The position numbers and the translations under genes were made by a program. Under the pieces are notes generated by a model. The model worked only from the letters and a program-made list of their open reading frames with translations. It did not search any database and was not told the DNA's origin. Below are positions 54,365 to 64,000 of a stretch of DNA of 64,000 nucleotides, one piece after another (within the stretch, counting starts at the first letter, position 1; every line of letters begins with the position of its first letter). Origin of the DNA: Nitrosopumilus sp. (lineage in GTDB: Archaea; Thermoproteota; Nitrososphaeria; Nitrososphaerales; Nitrosopumilaceae); assembly GCA_965207445.1 (NCBI GenBank), contig CBDBLX010000002.1:1943849-2007848 (forward strand), read 5' to 3'.

Positions 54365-55588
54365 TCAATTAAATTCATACTTTGATTTAAAAGGAGATAC
54401 CATACGCAGCTCATGTACAATTTTTTTAAGTGTGTCAACTGTATAATCTACATCATCCAAAGTATTGAATTCGCCAAATGAAAGTCGAAGAGATCCTGCA
54501 ATCTGCTCGTGTGTAAATCCCATAGCTTTGAGAACATGTGACTCTTTTTGTTTATTCATTGTACATGCAGAACCAGTTGATGCGGCAATTCCATGTTCAT
54601 CTAGTTTGACAAGTAGATCTTCACCATTTACTCCAAGAAATGTGAAATGAACATTTCCAAAAAGGCGTGTATTTAAGGGCCCATTAAGAACACAATTTGG
54701 TATATTATCTAGTATTTTAGAAATTAATGTATCTCGTAGCTTTTTGATACAAATCACGTTGTCATTCATCTTTTGGCGTGCAATATTACATGCAGTGCCA
54801 AATCCTACAATGCCCATGACGTTTTCAGTGCCAGAGCGCACACCACGCTCTTGTCCGCCTCCGAGCATTTTTGGCATTAATTTTATACCATCACGTACAT
54901 ACAAAGCACCAATACCTTTTGGACCATGAATTTTGTGAGATGAAATAGACATCATGTCGACTTGAATCTCACGTACATCAATGGGCATCTTTCCCACTGC
55001 CTGAACTGCATCGGTATGAAATATGGCACCAGCATCATGACACATCTGAACAATCTTTTGTATAGGTTGCACAGATCCGACCTCGTTGTTTGCATACATT
55101 ATAGAGACAAGGGCGGGTTTTGATTGTAATAAATCAGATTGATCATTATGTTGTAAATCATATGCGCTCAATAATTTTTTGAGCTCGTCGATGTCGACTG
55201 TTCCATACTTGTCAACTGAAAGATAATGTACATGTGCCATTTGTGTATCGTGTAAGTTACGGCAGGGCTCGAGCACAGCATCGTGTTCTATAGAAGATGT
55301 AATAATATTACAAGAATGTGTAGAGTGAGAATAATTGTTTACAAATCCGTACAATGCTAAATTGTTGGATTCGGTACCACCAGATGTAAAAAATATCTCA
55401 GAGGGGTGAGCATTTATCAAGAGTGCTATTTGTTTGCGTGCATTTTGTATTGCTTTTTTTGCTATTCTGCCACTGCGGTGTATAGATGAGGGGTTTCCAT
55501 AGTGTTCTTTGAGAAAAGGTAACATCGCATCATATACTTTAGGATGTATGGGTGTCGATGCGGCATTATCAAGATATATGGTATTCAA
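54365..55588 (-). CDS. iscS: Cysteine desulfurase (IscS/NifS family)
   Basis: IYLDNAAST, YGNPSS, FTSGGTESNN, HTDAVQ, SSHKIHGPKG, STGSAC. Confidence 0.93.
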   Translation of the reverse strand: MNTIYLDNAASTPIHPKVYDAMLPFLKEHYGNPSSIHRSGRIAKKAIQNARKQIALLINAHPSEIFFTSGGTESNNLALYGFVNNYSHSTHSCNIITSSIEHDAVLEPCRNLHDTQMAHVHYLSVDKYGTVDIDELKKLLSAYDLQHNDQSDLLQSKPALVSIMYANNEVGSVQPIQKIVQMCHDAGAIFHTDAVQAVGKMPIDVREIQVDMMSISSHKIHGPKGIGALYVRDGIKLMPKMLGGGQERGVRSGTENVMGIVGFGTACNIARQKMNDNVICIKKLRDTLISKILDNIPNCVLNGPLNTRLFGNVHFTFLGVNGEDLLVKLDEHGIAASTGSACTMNKQKESHVLKAMGFTHEQIAGSLRLSFGEFNTLDDVDYTVDTLKKIVHELRMVSPFKSKYEFN

Positions 55589-56547
55589 TCCAAAATCACA
55601 TCATTTAATTTTCCTGTTCTGTATCCTTGTGGATCAAGTATAACGTCATTGAACCCGATCATCTTTAGTCTATCTGTTATAGCATCCAAGAGGTTCGTGT
55701 GTCCACTTTTACTGTTACTGTCACTACCATTATCATGATTAACATCACTGCTAATACCACTAACAACGTTACCGTCACCGCACATTATACAATTGTCAGG
55801 TTTATTGATATCATATGTGATAGAATTACACTCAGAATTACACTCAGAATCATCAAACACATGAAGAATCTCAGGCTCCACCTCTATGCGAGCAGACCCA
55901 TCAATATCCCTCACTCTTACTTGCTTTGCACCAGATAATTGACGCACAATTCTTTCACCTAGTTCAATGCGCGTGAGCTTTTCAGCAGTAATTCGTACAC
56001 CCCAGGGTATGCGAGATGCTAAACAGGAATTAGATGGTCTATCATATATGGAGAGTCCCGTATTCTGTGCAACGGTACGTACATCATGTTTTGTAAACTG
56101 CACATCGATCAATGGACTGTATATGTGATTCTCCCTCATAGCTGTAATGCCGGGCCTATAATCACCAAGGTCATCTAGATGGGTGCCATCAACTACGATC
56201 CATAAACCAGGCATATTTTTTGCCATCTCAGCCAAGCGTCCACCAAGTTCGGTTCTACAGTGATAACAGCGGGTATTATCATTTATGACAAAATTATCAT
56301 TCTCAAGCTCATTGTACTCTAGCATGATATGTTGTATTCCAATCTCGGCGCATATTGACTTTGCAGTATCTAATTCTTCTTGAGACAGTGTTCGATAGTC
56401 AGCAGTGATGGCAATTGCTTTGTGCTCACCAAGAGCAGAAAATGCAGCATACGCAACCAAAGCGCTATCTACACCACCAGATAGTGCAATCAAAGCACCC
56501 TCATCACGTTTTTGAAACCACTCTAAAAGATTATCAAATTTCGTTAT
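55585..56547 (-). CDS. larE: LarE-type ATP-dependent sulfur transferase (nickel-pincer cofactor); probable ATA start at 56547
   Basis: ALSGGVDS PP-loop, RCYHCR, DGTHLDDLGDYRPG, SCLASRIPWG, QVRVRD, GYRTGKLN. Confidence 0.9.
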   Translation of the reverse strand: MTKFDNLLEWFQKRDEGALIALSGGVDSALVAYAAFSALGEHKAIAITADYRTLSQEELDTAKSICAEIGIQHIMLEYNELENDNFVINDNTRCYHCRTELGGRLAEMAKNMPGLWIVVDGTHLDDLGDYRPGITAMRENHIYSPLIDVQFTKHDVRTVAQNTGLSIYDRPSNSCLASRIPWGVRITAEKLTRIELGERIVRQLSGAKQVRVRDIDGSARIEVEPEILHVFDDSECNSECNSITYDINKPDNCIMCGDGNVVSGISSDVNHDNGSDSNSKSGHTNLLDAITDRLKMIGFNDVILDPQGYRTGKLNDVILD

Positions 56548-56764
56548 ATTCGCTCAACTCCATTTATTGTATATACATATATTATCACATTGTATATTGT
56601 ATATGGTATTATACGTAACGTCACTAGTATATGTAGACATCACGCACAGCATCACATAAACCATTACATCATGTACTGTGCTCTCATAAGAAAAGGTTGG
56701 TGTGTATGGTAGATTGTTATAATGCATAGCACCTAGTATGTTATATGTACTAGTATTAAAATTG

Positions 56765-58162
56765 TTATTTACCATCACCATTATTACCATCACCATTATT
56801 ACCATCACCATTATTACCATCACCATTATTACCATCACCATTATTACCATCACAGTTATCAAAATTCAAAGTATTTGATGACAATCCACCATTGTCCATA
56901 TTTACAATCATATCTCGTAAGATGGGTTCTATCTTTAAAATAGGCATGCCAACTGCATCAGATACCTTTAGCAAATCATCAAACTCAATCTTAAATCCAA
57001 AATTAGTAGGTGTGTTGTCATCATCATCTGTAAATATATCACGAGTCTTGTACCTTATCTCAAATCGTTTGTCAAATAACACCAAATTTACAACATGTTG
57101 TTTTCTGGGTACTGTAACTCGTTTGGACTCTGATACTCTTACACCAAGTGTGCCAGTCTCACTCATCAATAAATCGGTTAATTTTTCAGACATGTCTACA
57201 TCGCACATAACAGAGATCATATTAACCGGCCTGTTCTTTTTTGTGAGTCCTTGAAACACAGAGACGTCCTTTGCACCGGCATTCATGATCTTGTTGATTG
57301 TATTGCCAATTATCTCACCTGTTGCATCATCAACATTAGTCTCCAGTACACAAACACGCTCAATTGCATTATTTTTTGTATGTATCAGAGATTCAGAACC
57401 ACATACTAGTTTGAGTACATTTGCAAACTTGTCAAAGTTTTTGCACCCTGCACCATACCCAACAGAGTCAATCAGTAAGGGTGGATAAAAGCTAGTTGTA
57501 TGGGGTTGCAATGCAGCAAGTATACATGCACCAGTAGGTGTGACAAGCTCAGAATCAACATCTGCACCATGAATCAATATGTGGTATTTTTTAAAGATCT
57601 CAAGTACCGCATATGCAGGATTGGAAGATATACCATGGGAGAATGAGACAGTACCACCCCCAACACACACAGGCATACACACAATACGATGATCAAAAAG
57701 ATCTAAACTATCAAGTGCAATCGCAGTCCCTATGATATCTACAAGCGTATCCACACCAGATGCTTCATGAAACACGACTGAATTTTTTGATACTCCATGC
57801 ACTTTGGACTCAGAATCTAAAAGTATATTGATACACCGAGATGCAAAAATAGATGCAGCATTAGATAGTAAAATATTTGTAGATGCATTAGATATTGCAT
57901 CAACCAAATCAGTGCCTTTGCGTTCTTTGTGACCAGTATTCAAAGTGTCATGTGCATTTAACAATAATTTGGTTGCTGATATACCGTTTTTGCGAGTTTG
58001 TTCAAACTTTATCTCATTTATAGCAACACCATCACCAAGAAATTTTGCAGAGGTTTTAACTCCACGTATAATGTCATCTTTATTTGCACCTAGGTCAACT
58101 AGTGCGCACAAAAACATGTCACCGGAAATTCCTGCAACTTGTGCATCTATAACAAGAACCAT
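56765..58162 (-). CDS. larC: LarC nickel insertase with C-terminal (GNNGD)n repeat tail
   Basis: AGISGDMFL.AL, VFHEASGVDTLVDI, ELVTPTGA, GYGAG, LETNVDD, ETGTLGVR. Confidence 0.92.
   Translation of the reverse strand: MVLVIDAQVAGISGDMFLCALVDLGANKDDIIRGVKTSAKFLGDGVAINEIKFEQTRKNGISATKLLLNAHDTLNTGHKERKGTDLVDAISNASTNILLSNAASIFASRCINILLDSESKVHGVSKNSVVFHEASGVDTLVDIIGTAIALDSLDLFDHRIVCMPVCVGGGTVSFSHGISSNPAYAVLEIFKKYHILIHGADVDSELVTPTGACILAALQPHTTSFYPPLLIDSVGYGAGCKNFDKFANVLKLVCGSESLIHTKNNAIERVCVLETNVDDATGEIIGNTINKIMNAGAKDVSVFQGLTKKNRPVNMISVMCDVDMSEKLTDLLMSETGTLGVRVSESKRVTVPRKQHVVNLVLFDKRFEIRYKTRDIFTDDDDNTPTNFGFKIEFDDLLKVSDAVGMPILKIEPILRDMIVNMDNGGLSSNTLNFDNCDGNNGDGNNGDGNNGDGNNGDGNNGDGK
56769..56852. repeat. 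15-bp tandem repeat x~5.5 forming the larC 3' end
   Basis: ttaccatcaccatta repeats. Confidence 0.9.
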
Positions 58163-58848
58163 ACATCATTGTAATCAAAAAATGAATATAAATTATATAA
58201 CAACAAAAAATCCAGATCAATACAAGTTAAATATTTTCATATTATTTTGAATACACTTATTATTAAATAAGTACATATTCGCATCTAATCAATACTTGAA
58301 TCATCTCAGATGTAATTTTAATTAGATATAACGACGCTCACAAGTTCTAGCACAAATTAAAGCCACGAATCAGTTGCAAATTGACCTGTGAGTTACTTTC
58401 GATAAACGTCCGACATAGTCACAAATGCGGCGCGTAACTGCTCCTTTGGGGGAAAAGTCAAAAATACATTCATTTATTAGTATACAAAAATTGAACAACT
58501 AAAAAAGTATACAAAAATTGAACAACTAAAAAAATACGCAGGTCCGAAAAGATGAGGTGTATTACGCGCAGGCTATCTATGTTATAACCGTTCAATTTCT
58601 TCCCAAATTCAGGCACAAATTCACCAATTATATCTGGCGCAAACACACAAGAGTTAAACAGTTGCGTTTGGGTTTTCTCAGAATTAAATTCAACATATTA
58701 CAAATTATAACAAAATATATGATATACAAGGTTTAAGGTTGTCTTACACATCATAACAAAAAATTACACATTATTTTTTTGTATAATTTGAGATGAGTTT
58801 TGCATTTACAATGATCTAGCTTTATTTATCGAACATTTTCCACCATAA

Positions 58849-59766
58849 ATGATGATTACCATAATAGGGTCAGGCAAAGTAGGCGGAGATGCCGCACTAT
58901 TCTCTGCACTAAAGCAGCTTGATGATGAAATATTACTACTTGATGTTGTAAATGGACTTCCTCAAGGCGAAGCTATGGATATCAACCATGCACTTGCAGA
59001 GCTTGGAATTGATGTAAACGTCACAGGCTCAAATGACTATTCAGACATGAAAGGCTCAAAAGTTGTCGTAGTGGTAGCAGGATCTGGTCGAAAGCCAGGT
59101 ATGACTAGAATGGACTTGTTAAAGATTAACTCTTCGATAGTAAAGAGTGTTGTAACAGAGATAAAGAGATATGCAGATGACTCTATACTCATACCAGTCA
59201 CAAATCCACTTGATCCCATGGCATACATAGCATACAAAGTATCAGGGTTTGAGCGAAATCGAATATGTGGAATGGGTGGAATGCTTGACTTGTCAAGATT
59301 TAATCAATTTATACACAAAGCGACAGGGCATTCACGTGATTCGATAAGGGCTCTAGTGATAGGAGAGCATGGGGAGAATATGCTTCCTCTCCCAAGATTT
59401 TCAACAGTATCAGGAATACCACTCAACAGCATATTGGATGAAAATGAAACAGAGAAGATCACAGCAGATACAAAACAAGTGGCAGCAAAGGTAATAGAAT
59501 TAAAAGGTGCAACAGTTCATGCACCTGGAAATGCCATATCCTCAATAATTGAATCAATTGTAAGAGACAAAAAACGGATAATGCCAGTATCAACACCACT
59601 TGACGGAGAGTATGGTTATTCAGATATAACTATTGGAATACCAGCAGTAATTGGTAAGAGAGGGGTTGAGAAGATAATAGAGCTTGACTTGAATGAGAAA
59701 GAAAAAGAGTCTTTTTCAAAATCAGTAGAGTCTATAAAAAATGCAATATCAACACTAGATGTATAG
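58849..59766 (+). CDS. mdh: Malate dehydrogenase (LDH-like)
   Basis: [36 protein letters not shown]. Confidence 0.93.
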   Translation: MMITIIGSGKVGGDAALFSALKQLDDEILLLDVVNGLPQGEAMDINHALAELGIDVNVTGSNDYSDMKGSKVVVVVAGSGRKPGMTRMDLLKINSSIVKSVVTEIKRYADDSILIPVTNPLDPMAYIAYKVSGFERNRICGMGGMLDLSRFNQFIHKATGHSRDSIRALVIGEHGENMLPLPRFSTVSGIPLNSILDENETEKITADTKQVAAKVIELKGATVHAPGNAISSIIESIVRDKKRIMPVSTPLDGEYGYSDITIGIPAVIGKRGVEKIIELDLNEKEKESFSKSVESIKNAISTLDV

Positions 59767-59962
59767 TACGACTCAGAATTCACATCGATTCGACAACTAG
59801 GTAGCAACCGTTTGTTGCACCCAATGTCCCATAAATAGTGCCGTCTTGAATGTTTGTATAGGTATAGTCATAATAATAATAATAATTATCAATGTTAGTA
59901 ATTTCACCTTGAGATCCAACGGACAAACGTCACATTTTTTTAGCCATGTCAAAGTCACAAAT

Positions 59963-60775
59963 TTGTTGGAGTTAGATGACATATTACAATCACTGAAAGC
60001 AGGTAGTATCGATATTACAAAAGCAAAAAATTTACTTTCCATATACGCAATCGAACAAATAAAAGATTATGCAAAGATTGATGTGAATCGCAACATGCGC
60101 AAAGGCATACCAGAGATAGTGTTTGCAGAATCCAAAAAAAGAGACGAGATAAAAGAGATCATGAAATCCATATTGTATAAGAACAAACTAGTAGTTGTAT
60201 CACGCATCAAAGAGGAAGACTATCAAGATATTGCATCATATGCAACAGATCAGTTAAATGCAAAGATAACAATGGGTAGAAATTCCACTACCATACTTGT
60301 ACACACAGACAAGCTAAAATTCAAAAACAGTACAATAGGTATACTTGCAGCAGGAACATCAGATGTCGGGGTTGCAGAAGAGGCAAGACTAGTCTGCGAA
60401 TCCATGGAATGTAAATGCATCACAGGATATGATGTTGGTATTGCAGGATTGCAACGTATATTCCCCATACTAAATGATATGATCAAATCAGATGTTGGAT
60501 GTATTATAGTGGTGGCAGGAATGGAAGGTGCACTTGCCACACTAGTCTCATCACTAGTTGGAATCCCAGTAATTGGTGTGCCAACATCAGTAGGATATGG
60601 ATACGGACAAAAAGGAATAGCCGCACTAGCATCTATGCTTCAGAGCTGCTCATTAGGTATGGCAGTTGTGAATATTGACAATGGAGTTGCAGCAGGCGCC
60701 ATTGCAGCAAATATTGCAAATAGGAGATTAGAATCGGCAACCATAACACAAGATGTAATTGAATCAAAGCAGTAA
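59963..60775 (+). CDS. larB: LarB (AIR-carboxylase-like) nickel-pincer biosynthesis protein (probable TTG start ~59963)
   Basis: AKID..R..RKGIPEIVF, AGTSDVGVAEEA, DVGIAGLQR, AGMEGAL, VPTSVGYG, VVNIDNG. Confidence 0.92.
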   Translation: MLELDDILQSLKAGSIDITKAKNLLSIYAIEQIKDYAKIDVNRNMRKGIPEIVFAESKKRDEIKEIMKSILYKNKLVVVSRIKEEDYQDIASYATDQLNAKITMGRNSTTILVHTDKLKFKNSTIGILAAGTSDVGVAEEARLVCESMECKCITGYDVGIAGLQRIFPILNDMIKSDVGCIIVVAGMEGALATLVSSLVGIPVIGVPTSVGYGYGQKGIAALASMLQSCSLGMAVVNIDNGVAAGAIAANIANRRLESATITQDVIESKQ

Positions 60776-60945
60776 CAAAGTAATAGTCAATAAACCACAT
60801 ACACCATTACAAATACCAAATAATTACACATAAACAAATACAAAGAATTCCCAAAAAATGATGAAAACCAACATTTTAGTGCAAAAAAATACAGCATGAT
60901 GATCTTCTAGTAAATCATAAATACGCACAAAGCAAAACCAACCAT

Positions 60946-62532
60946 ATGAGTAATAATGGCAGACGCATAGTGCTAACTGCTGATCGAAGTTTGATGACCA
61001 ACTATCGAGGTAACTTTTTGTACGGATTTATTGCATGTGGCCCATACGAAGTGCTTCCAGAATGGGTCTTTGACAAGGTATTTTGCCCATCAGTTGAGAC
61101 CGATCCAATCACAGGAGAGGCCAAAGTAGCTCAAATAGGCCTTCGCAGAGTCGAGAGTGCCCTGTTGCAAGGTGATTATAACAGAGAAGATGTATTTGTA
61201 GCACACCCAGAGATGCTTGAAAAATGCATAGGCCCAGACACCAATGTAGTTGGGATCAATGTTATGGATCCACTAGGTATGGCTCCCGTAACTACCACAA
61301 TGTCCCCGGAAAAGCTCTCATATGTTGCAATGAAGTTCAAAAAAATGTGTGCAAATATAATACAATTAAAGAAAAAATATGATTTCAAAGTAGTAGTAGG
61401 TGGTAATGGGGCATGGGAGCTTGCAAAGACAGATCGCATGAGAATACATGGAATCGACACTGTAGTGACAGGTGAGGCAGATGAGTTAGCAGTTGACCTG
61501 TTTCATGACTTGGAAAAGGGAGATGCCCCAGAACTTATGCATTGTTTTGTGAGAAATATACAGAACATTCCAGTTATAGAATCCCCGACCATAAATTCAC
61601 TTATCGAGGCCATGAGGGGATGCGGCAGAGGGTGTGATTTTTGTGATGTTAATAAGAGATCCAAAAAGGATTTGCCACTAGAAAGACTACAACGTGAGGC
61701 AAAGGTAAACTTGGATTATGGATTTGACTCTATATGGTTGCACTCAGATGAGATGTTGTTATATGGATGTGACAATCGAGACATGCGTCCGAACAGTGAT
61801 GCAATTACAGAGTTGTGGAGAGGTCTCAAGAACCTAGGCGCAAATTTTGTAGGCACGACACACATGACATTTTCAGCAGTGGCAGCAGATCCAGACTTGA
61901 TGCGCGATATAGCAAACATCAATAAACAACACGAGACTGGAAGGTGGCTTGCTACAAATCTTGGAATCGAGACGGTATCGCCTGCAATGGTCAAAAAACA
62001 CCTAGGTGTTAAGACGCGTCCATTCTCAACTGATGAGTGGGGAAGTGTTGTGAGGGAGGGTGCGCGTATACTAAATGAGAATCACTGGTTCCCAGCAGCA
62101 ACAATAATTATTGGATGGCCTGATGAGACTCCAGATGACATACAATATACCATAGACATGATGGCAGACTTTAGGGAGATGGACTTTAGGGGACTAGTGG
62201 CACCACTACTATACCAAGACTTTAGTGAAAAGAACTCGATGCACTTTGGAAATCTCAACGAGGCACAATTCACGCTGTTTTGGAAGTGTTGGGAGAACAA
62301 CTTGCACGTGATAAATGATATTATACCCATCATACTACGAAACAAGACGTATGGTCCGCCAATGAAGGTCTTTATGTACGGAATGCTAAAGGCAGGCACA
62401 TGGGCAATAATGAGATACCTGCGTGGGCTGTGCAAGGATCTGTTCAATGGTAGAATGCCAGATGAGATTGTTGCCAAATATGCAAAGAGTAGATCAGTTT
62501 CCATGCCAAAGATACAAACAAAGAAACTTTAA
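60946..62532 (+). CDS. B12-binding radical SAM protein, probable GDGT ring synthase (Grs-like)
   Basis: IVLTADRSLMTNY N-terminus, GLRRVE.AL, VMDPLG, VVVGG.GAW, IEAMRGCGRGCDFC. Confidence 0.7.
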   Translation: MSNNGRRIVLTADRSLMTNYRGNFLYGFIACGPYEVLPEWVFDKVFCPSVETDPITGEAKVAQIGLRRVESALLQGDYNREDVFVAHPEMLEKCIGPDTNVVGINVMDPLGMAPVTTTMSPEKLSYVAMKFKKMCANIIQLKKKYDFKVVVGGNGAWELAKTDRMRIHGIDTVVTGEADELAVDLFHDLEKGDAPELMHCFVRNIQNIPVIESPTINSLIEAMRGCGRGCDFCDVNKRSKKDLPLERLQREAKVNLDYGFDSIWLHSDEMLLYGCDNRDMRPNSDAITELWRGLKNLGANFVGTTHMTFSAVAADPDLMRDIANINKQHETGRWLATNLGIETVSPAMVKKHLGVKTRPFSTDEWGSVVREGARILNENHWFPAATIIIGWPDETPDDIQYTIDMMADFREMDFRGLVAPLLYQDFSEKNSMHFGNLNEAQFTLFWKCWENNLHVINDIIPIILRNKTYGPPMKVFMYGMLKAGTWAIMRYLRGLCKDLFNGRMPDEIVAKYAKSRSVSMPKIQTKKL

Positions 62533-62651
62533 TCTAATGTATGAAAAACTAGTCTAAAATTCAACTAGTTGAATAACGATAACAACCACCAAGCAAATAG
62601 CAACATATAGTTATAAAATATGAATATATAAAATAGATTAAAGTGTGGCAG

Positions 62652-62975
62652 TTAGATATTCTTGAGTGCTTCATCTGCAAGTGTATTGCGTTTTGGTCTT
62701 AGCACTACAAAGTAAAATTTGTCAGCGCGCTCTACTTGTTCTACAAGTTTGTAAGTTCTAGTCGGTAGGTCAAACTCATACAGTCCAGGCTCAAAGTCTT
62801 GTTTTACATATACGACTAAAAACGAGTCTGCACCAGATCCACCAAGAGGTACAAATGACATCAAATATCCTTTGTAAGAGCTAATTGGTAGTGTGTTTTT
62901 CATAGGAGAGATTGCAGATGTAATATACATAAAAAAGTCATCAGTCGTCTCAAACTCTTCGTATTCAATATGCAT
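62652..62975 (-). CDS. Conserved hypothetical protein
   Basis: 107-aa ORF in AT-rich intergenic context. Confidence 0.65.
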   Translation of the reverse strand: MHIEYEEFETTDDFFMYITSAISPMKNTLPISSYKGYLMSFVPLGGSGADSFLVVYVKQDFEPGLYEFDLPTRTYKLVEQVERADKFYFVVLRPKRNTLADEALKNI

Positions 62976-63267
62976 GAATTACGTAAAGATTTCGTTGTAT
63001 AATAATGATGCGTGTACAAAGATCTGTAAACAAAAATATACATTTAAATTTTATAATCATATTATTAATACAAATATTAAAACAAAACACTCAAGCAAAA
63101 TTATGTTCAAACCATGAGTAGCAGATACAATTGGCATACTAGAAAATTATTAGAAAAATCGAAAAAATACATTATCTGCATTTTTGGAATTTTAGTAACG
63201 AAACAAGATTGATGTCAAAATTTCCAAGTTATTAAAACTAGTACTAGAAACTAGAAAATAATGAATA

Positions 63268-64000
63268 TCAAGTGTTTGGATTTCTTCTTGATTTGATGTA
63301 CTTGTGTGTACCAATACCAACAAGAGTTGGTGCTGCAATGTATATTGCCAAATTAAGAATAATTACAGATATTCCCAATCCCAACACTTGTGCCTCAGAG
63401 CCAGGTTCTGCAAGGGTCATTATAGAGAGCGTTGATATCATCGGAGTTATTGCAGTACGTACTACATCTCTAAACACTGGACTATCTCGCTCAAAGTCTG
63501 CAACTGTAGGTGAGAAACTATAGTACACTTGGTTAAAGCCCGTCATAAATGATGTGCCAGAGCCAGTACTAAGCAGTGTATTATCTCGAACCTCTCTGAG
63601 GAACTGAACCTGTGGTGCTAGTTCTGTACCATATGCTGCAGTTGCAATCAGACAGCCACCACTACTACCAGTATTATCATCAGCCGGCGGTGTTGGTGGA
63701 GGGGCAGGTGTTTCAGGTTCAACTACCTGACATACCCCATTAACCAATTCTGTTCCGGGTCCACATACGGGATCAGTTGTGGGTGGAGGAGTATCATCAA
63801 TGGGAGGTGGAGGAGGAGGGGGTGGTGGAGGAGTGGGTGGTGGGGGTGGTGGGGGTGGTGTATCAACAATATCATCATCAACAGTTGGAGGCGGATCTGT
63901 CTCTAGTGGCGTAGTAGGTGAAGGGTCTGTAGATGGACTTGACCCAACATCTGCATCCTCGTCGGGTGCAGATACTCTATCATCAAATAAATTGGTATTG
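63268..64000 (-). CDS. CFI-box-CTERM surface protein, 5' partial, with Pro-rich linker
   Basis: GGCLIATAAYGTELAPQVQFLREVRDN...FNQVYYSFSP, C-terminal TM; CGPGTELVNGVC; frame continues to the window edge. Confidence 0.85.
   Translation of the reverse strand, partial: NTNLFDDRVSAPDEDADVGSSPSTDPSPTTPLETDPPPTVDDDIVDTPPPPPPPPTPPPPPPPPPPIDDTPPPTTDPVCGPGTELVNGVCQVVEPETPAPPPTPPADDNTGSSGGCLIATAAYGTELAPQVQFLREVRDNTLLSTGSGTSFMTGFNQVYYSFSPTVADFERDSPVFRDVVRTAITPMISTLSIMTLAEPGSEAQVLGLGISVIILNLAIYIAAPTLVGIGTHKYIKSRRNPNT

Noticed and set aside
59846..59962. N-terminal extension of larB (IIIII)
   Set aside because: Arises from an (aat)n microsatellite in intergenic DNA; LarB-like sequence starts near 59963

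Overview
Archaeal window, most likely Nitrosopumilaceae/Thaumarchaeota (unsplit rpoA, rpoH-rpoB-rpoA-Lsm, PEFG-CTERM and CFI-box-CTERM surface proteins), with the look of a host-associated lineage (giant NHL/FG-GAP/FN3 surface protein, many decayed IS, microsatellite expansions). Three blocks: (1) 1-15.5 kb, one giant (>5,100 codons, runs off the left edge) modular surface-protein gene with a single +1 frameshift at ~2531; (2) 16.4-35.0 kb, an IS-riddled accessory/defence island bounded by directly oriented IS6-family ends, carrying an SF1 (UPF1/DNA2-like) helicase plus partner, a clear viperin, a cobalamin-dependent radical SAM enzyme, two paralogous DUF559/Vsr-like nuclease genes (one coupled to each radical SAM gene; the viperin-linked one is split by a complete IS66 with an 8-bp TSD), a wHTH protein, a decayed PIN/antitoxin pair, IS6/IS66/ISH3/IS110 elements, two MITE-like repeat families, a bridge-RNA-like structure upstream of an IS110 remnant and several repeat-spacer-repeat units with ~72-bp period; (3) 35-64 kb, AT-rich core genes (AglH/MraY-like transferase, CPA2 antiporter, tRNA-Gly, RNA polymerase operon, PEFG-CTERM cluster, iscS-larE-larC, mdh, larB, Grs-like radical SAM). 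rpoH and larE appear to begin at ATA codons. All family calls are from motif recognition by eye; no database searches were run.
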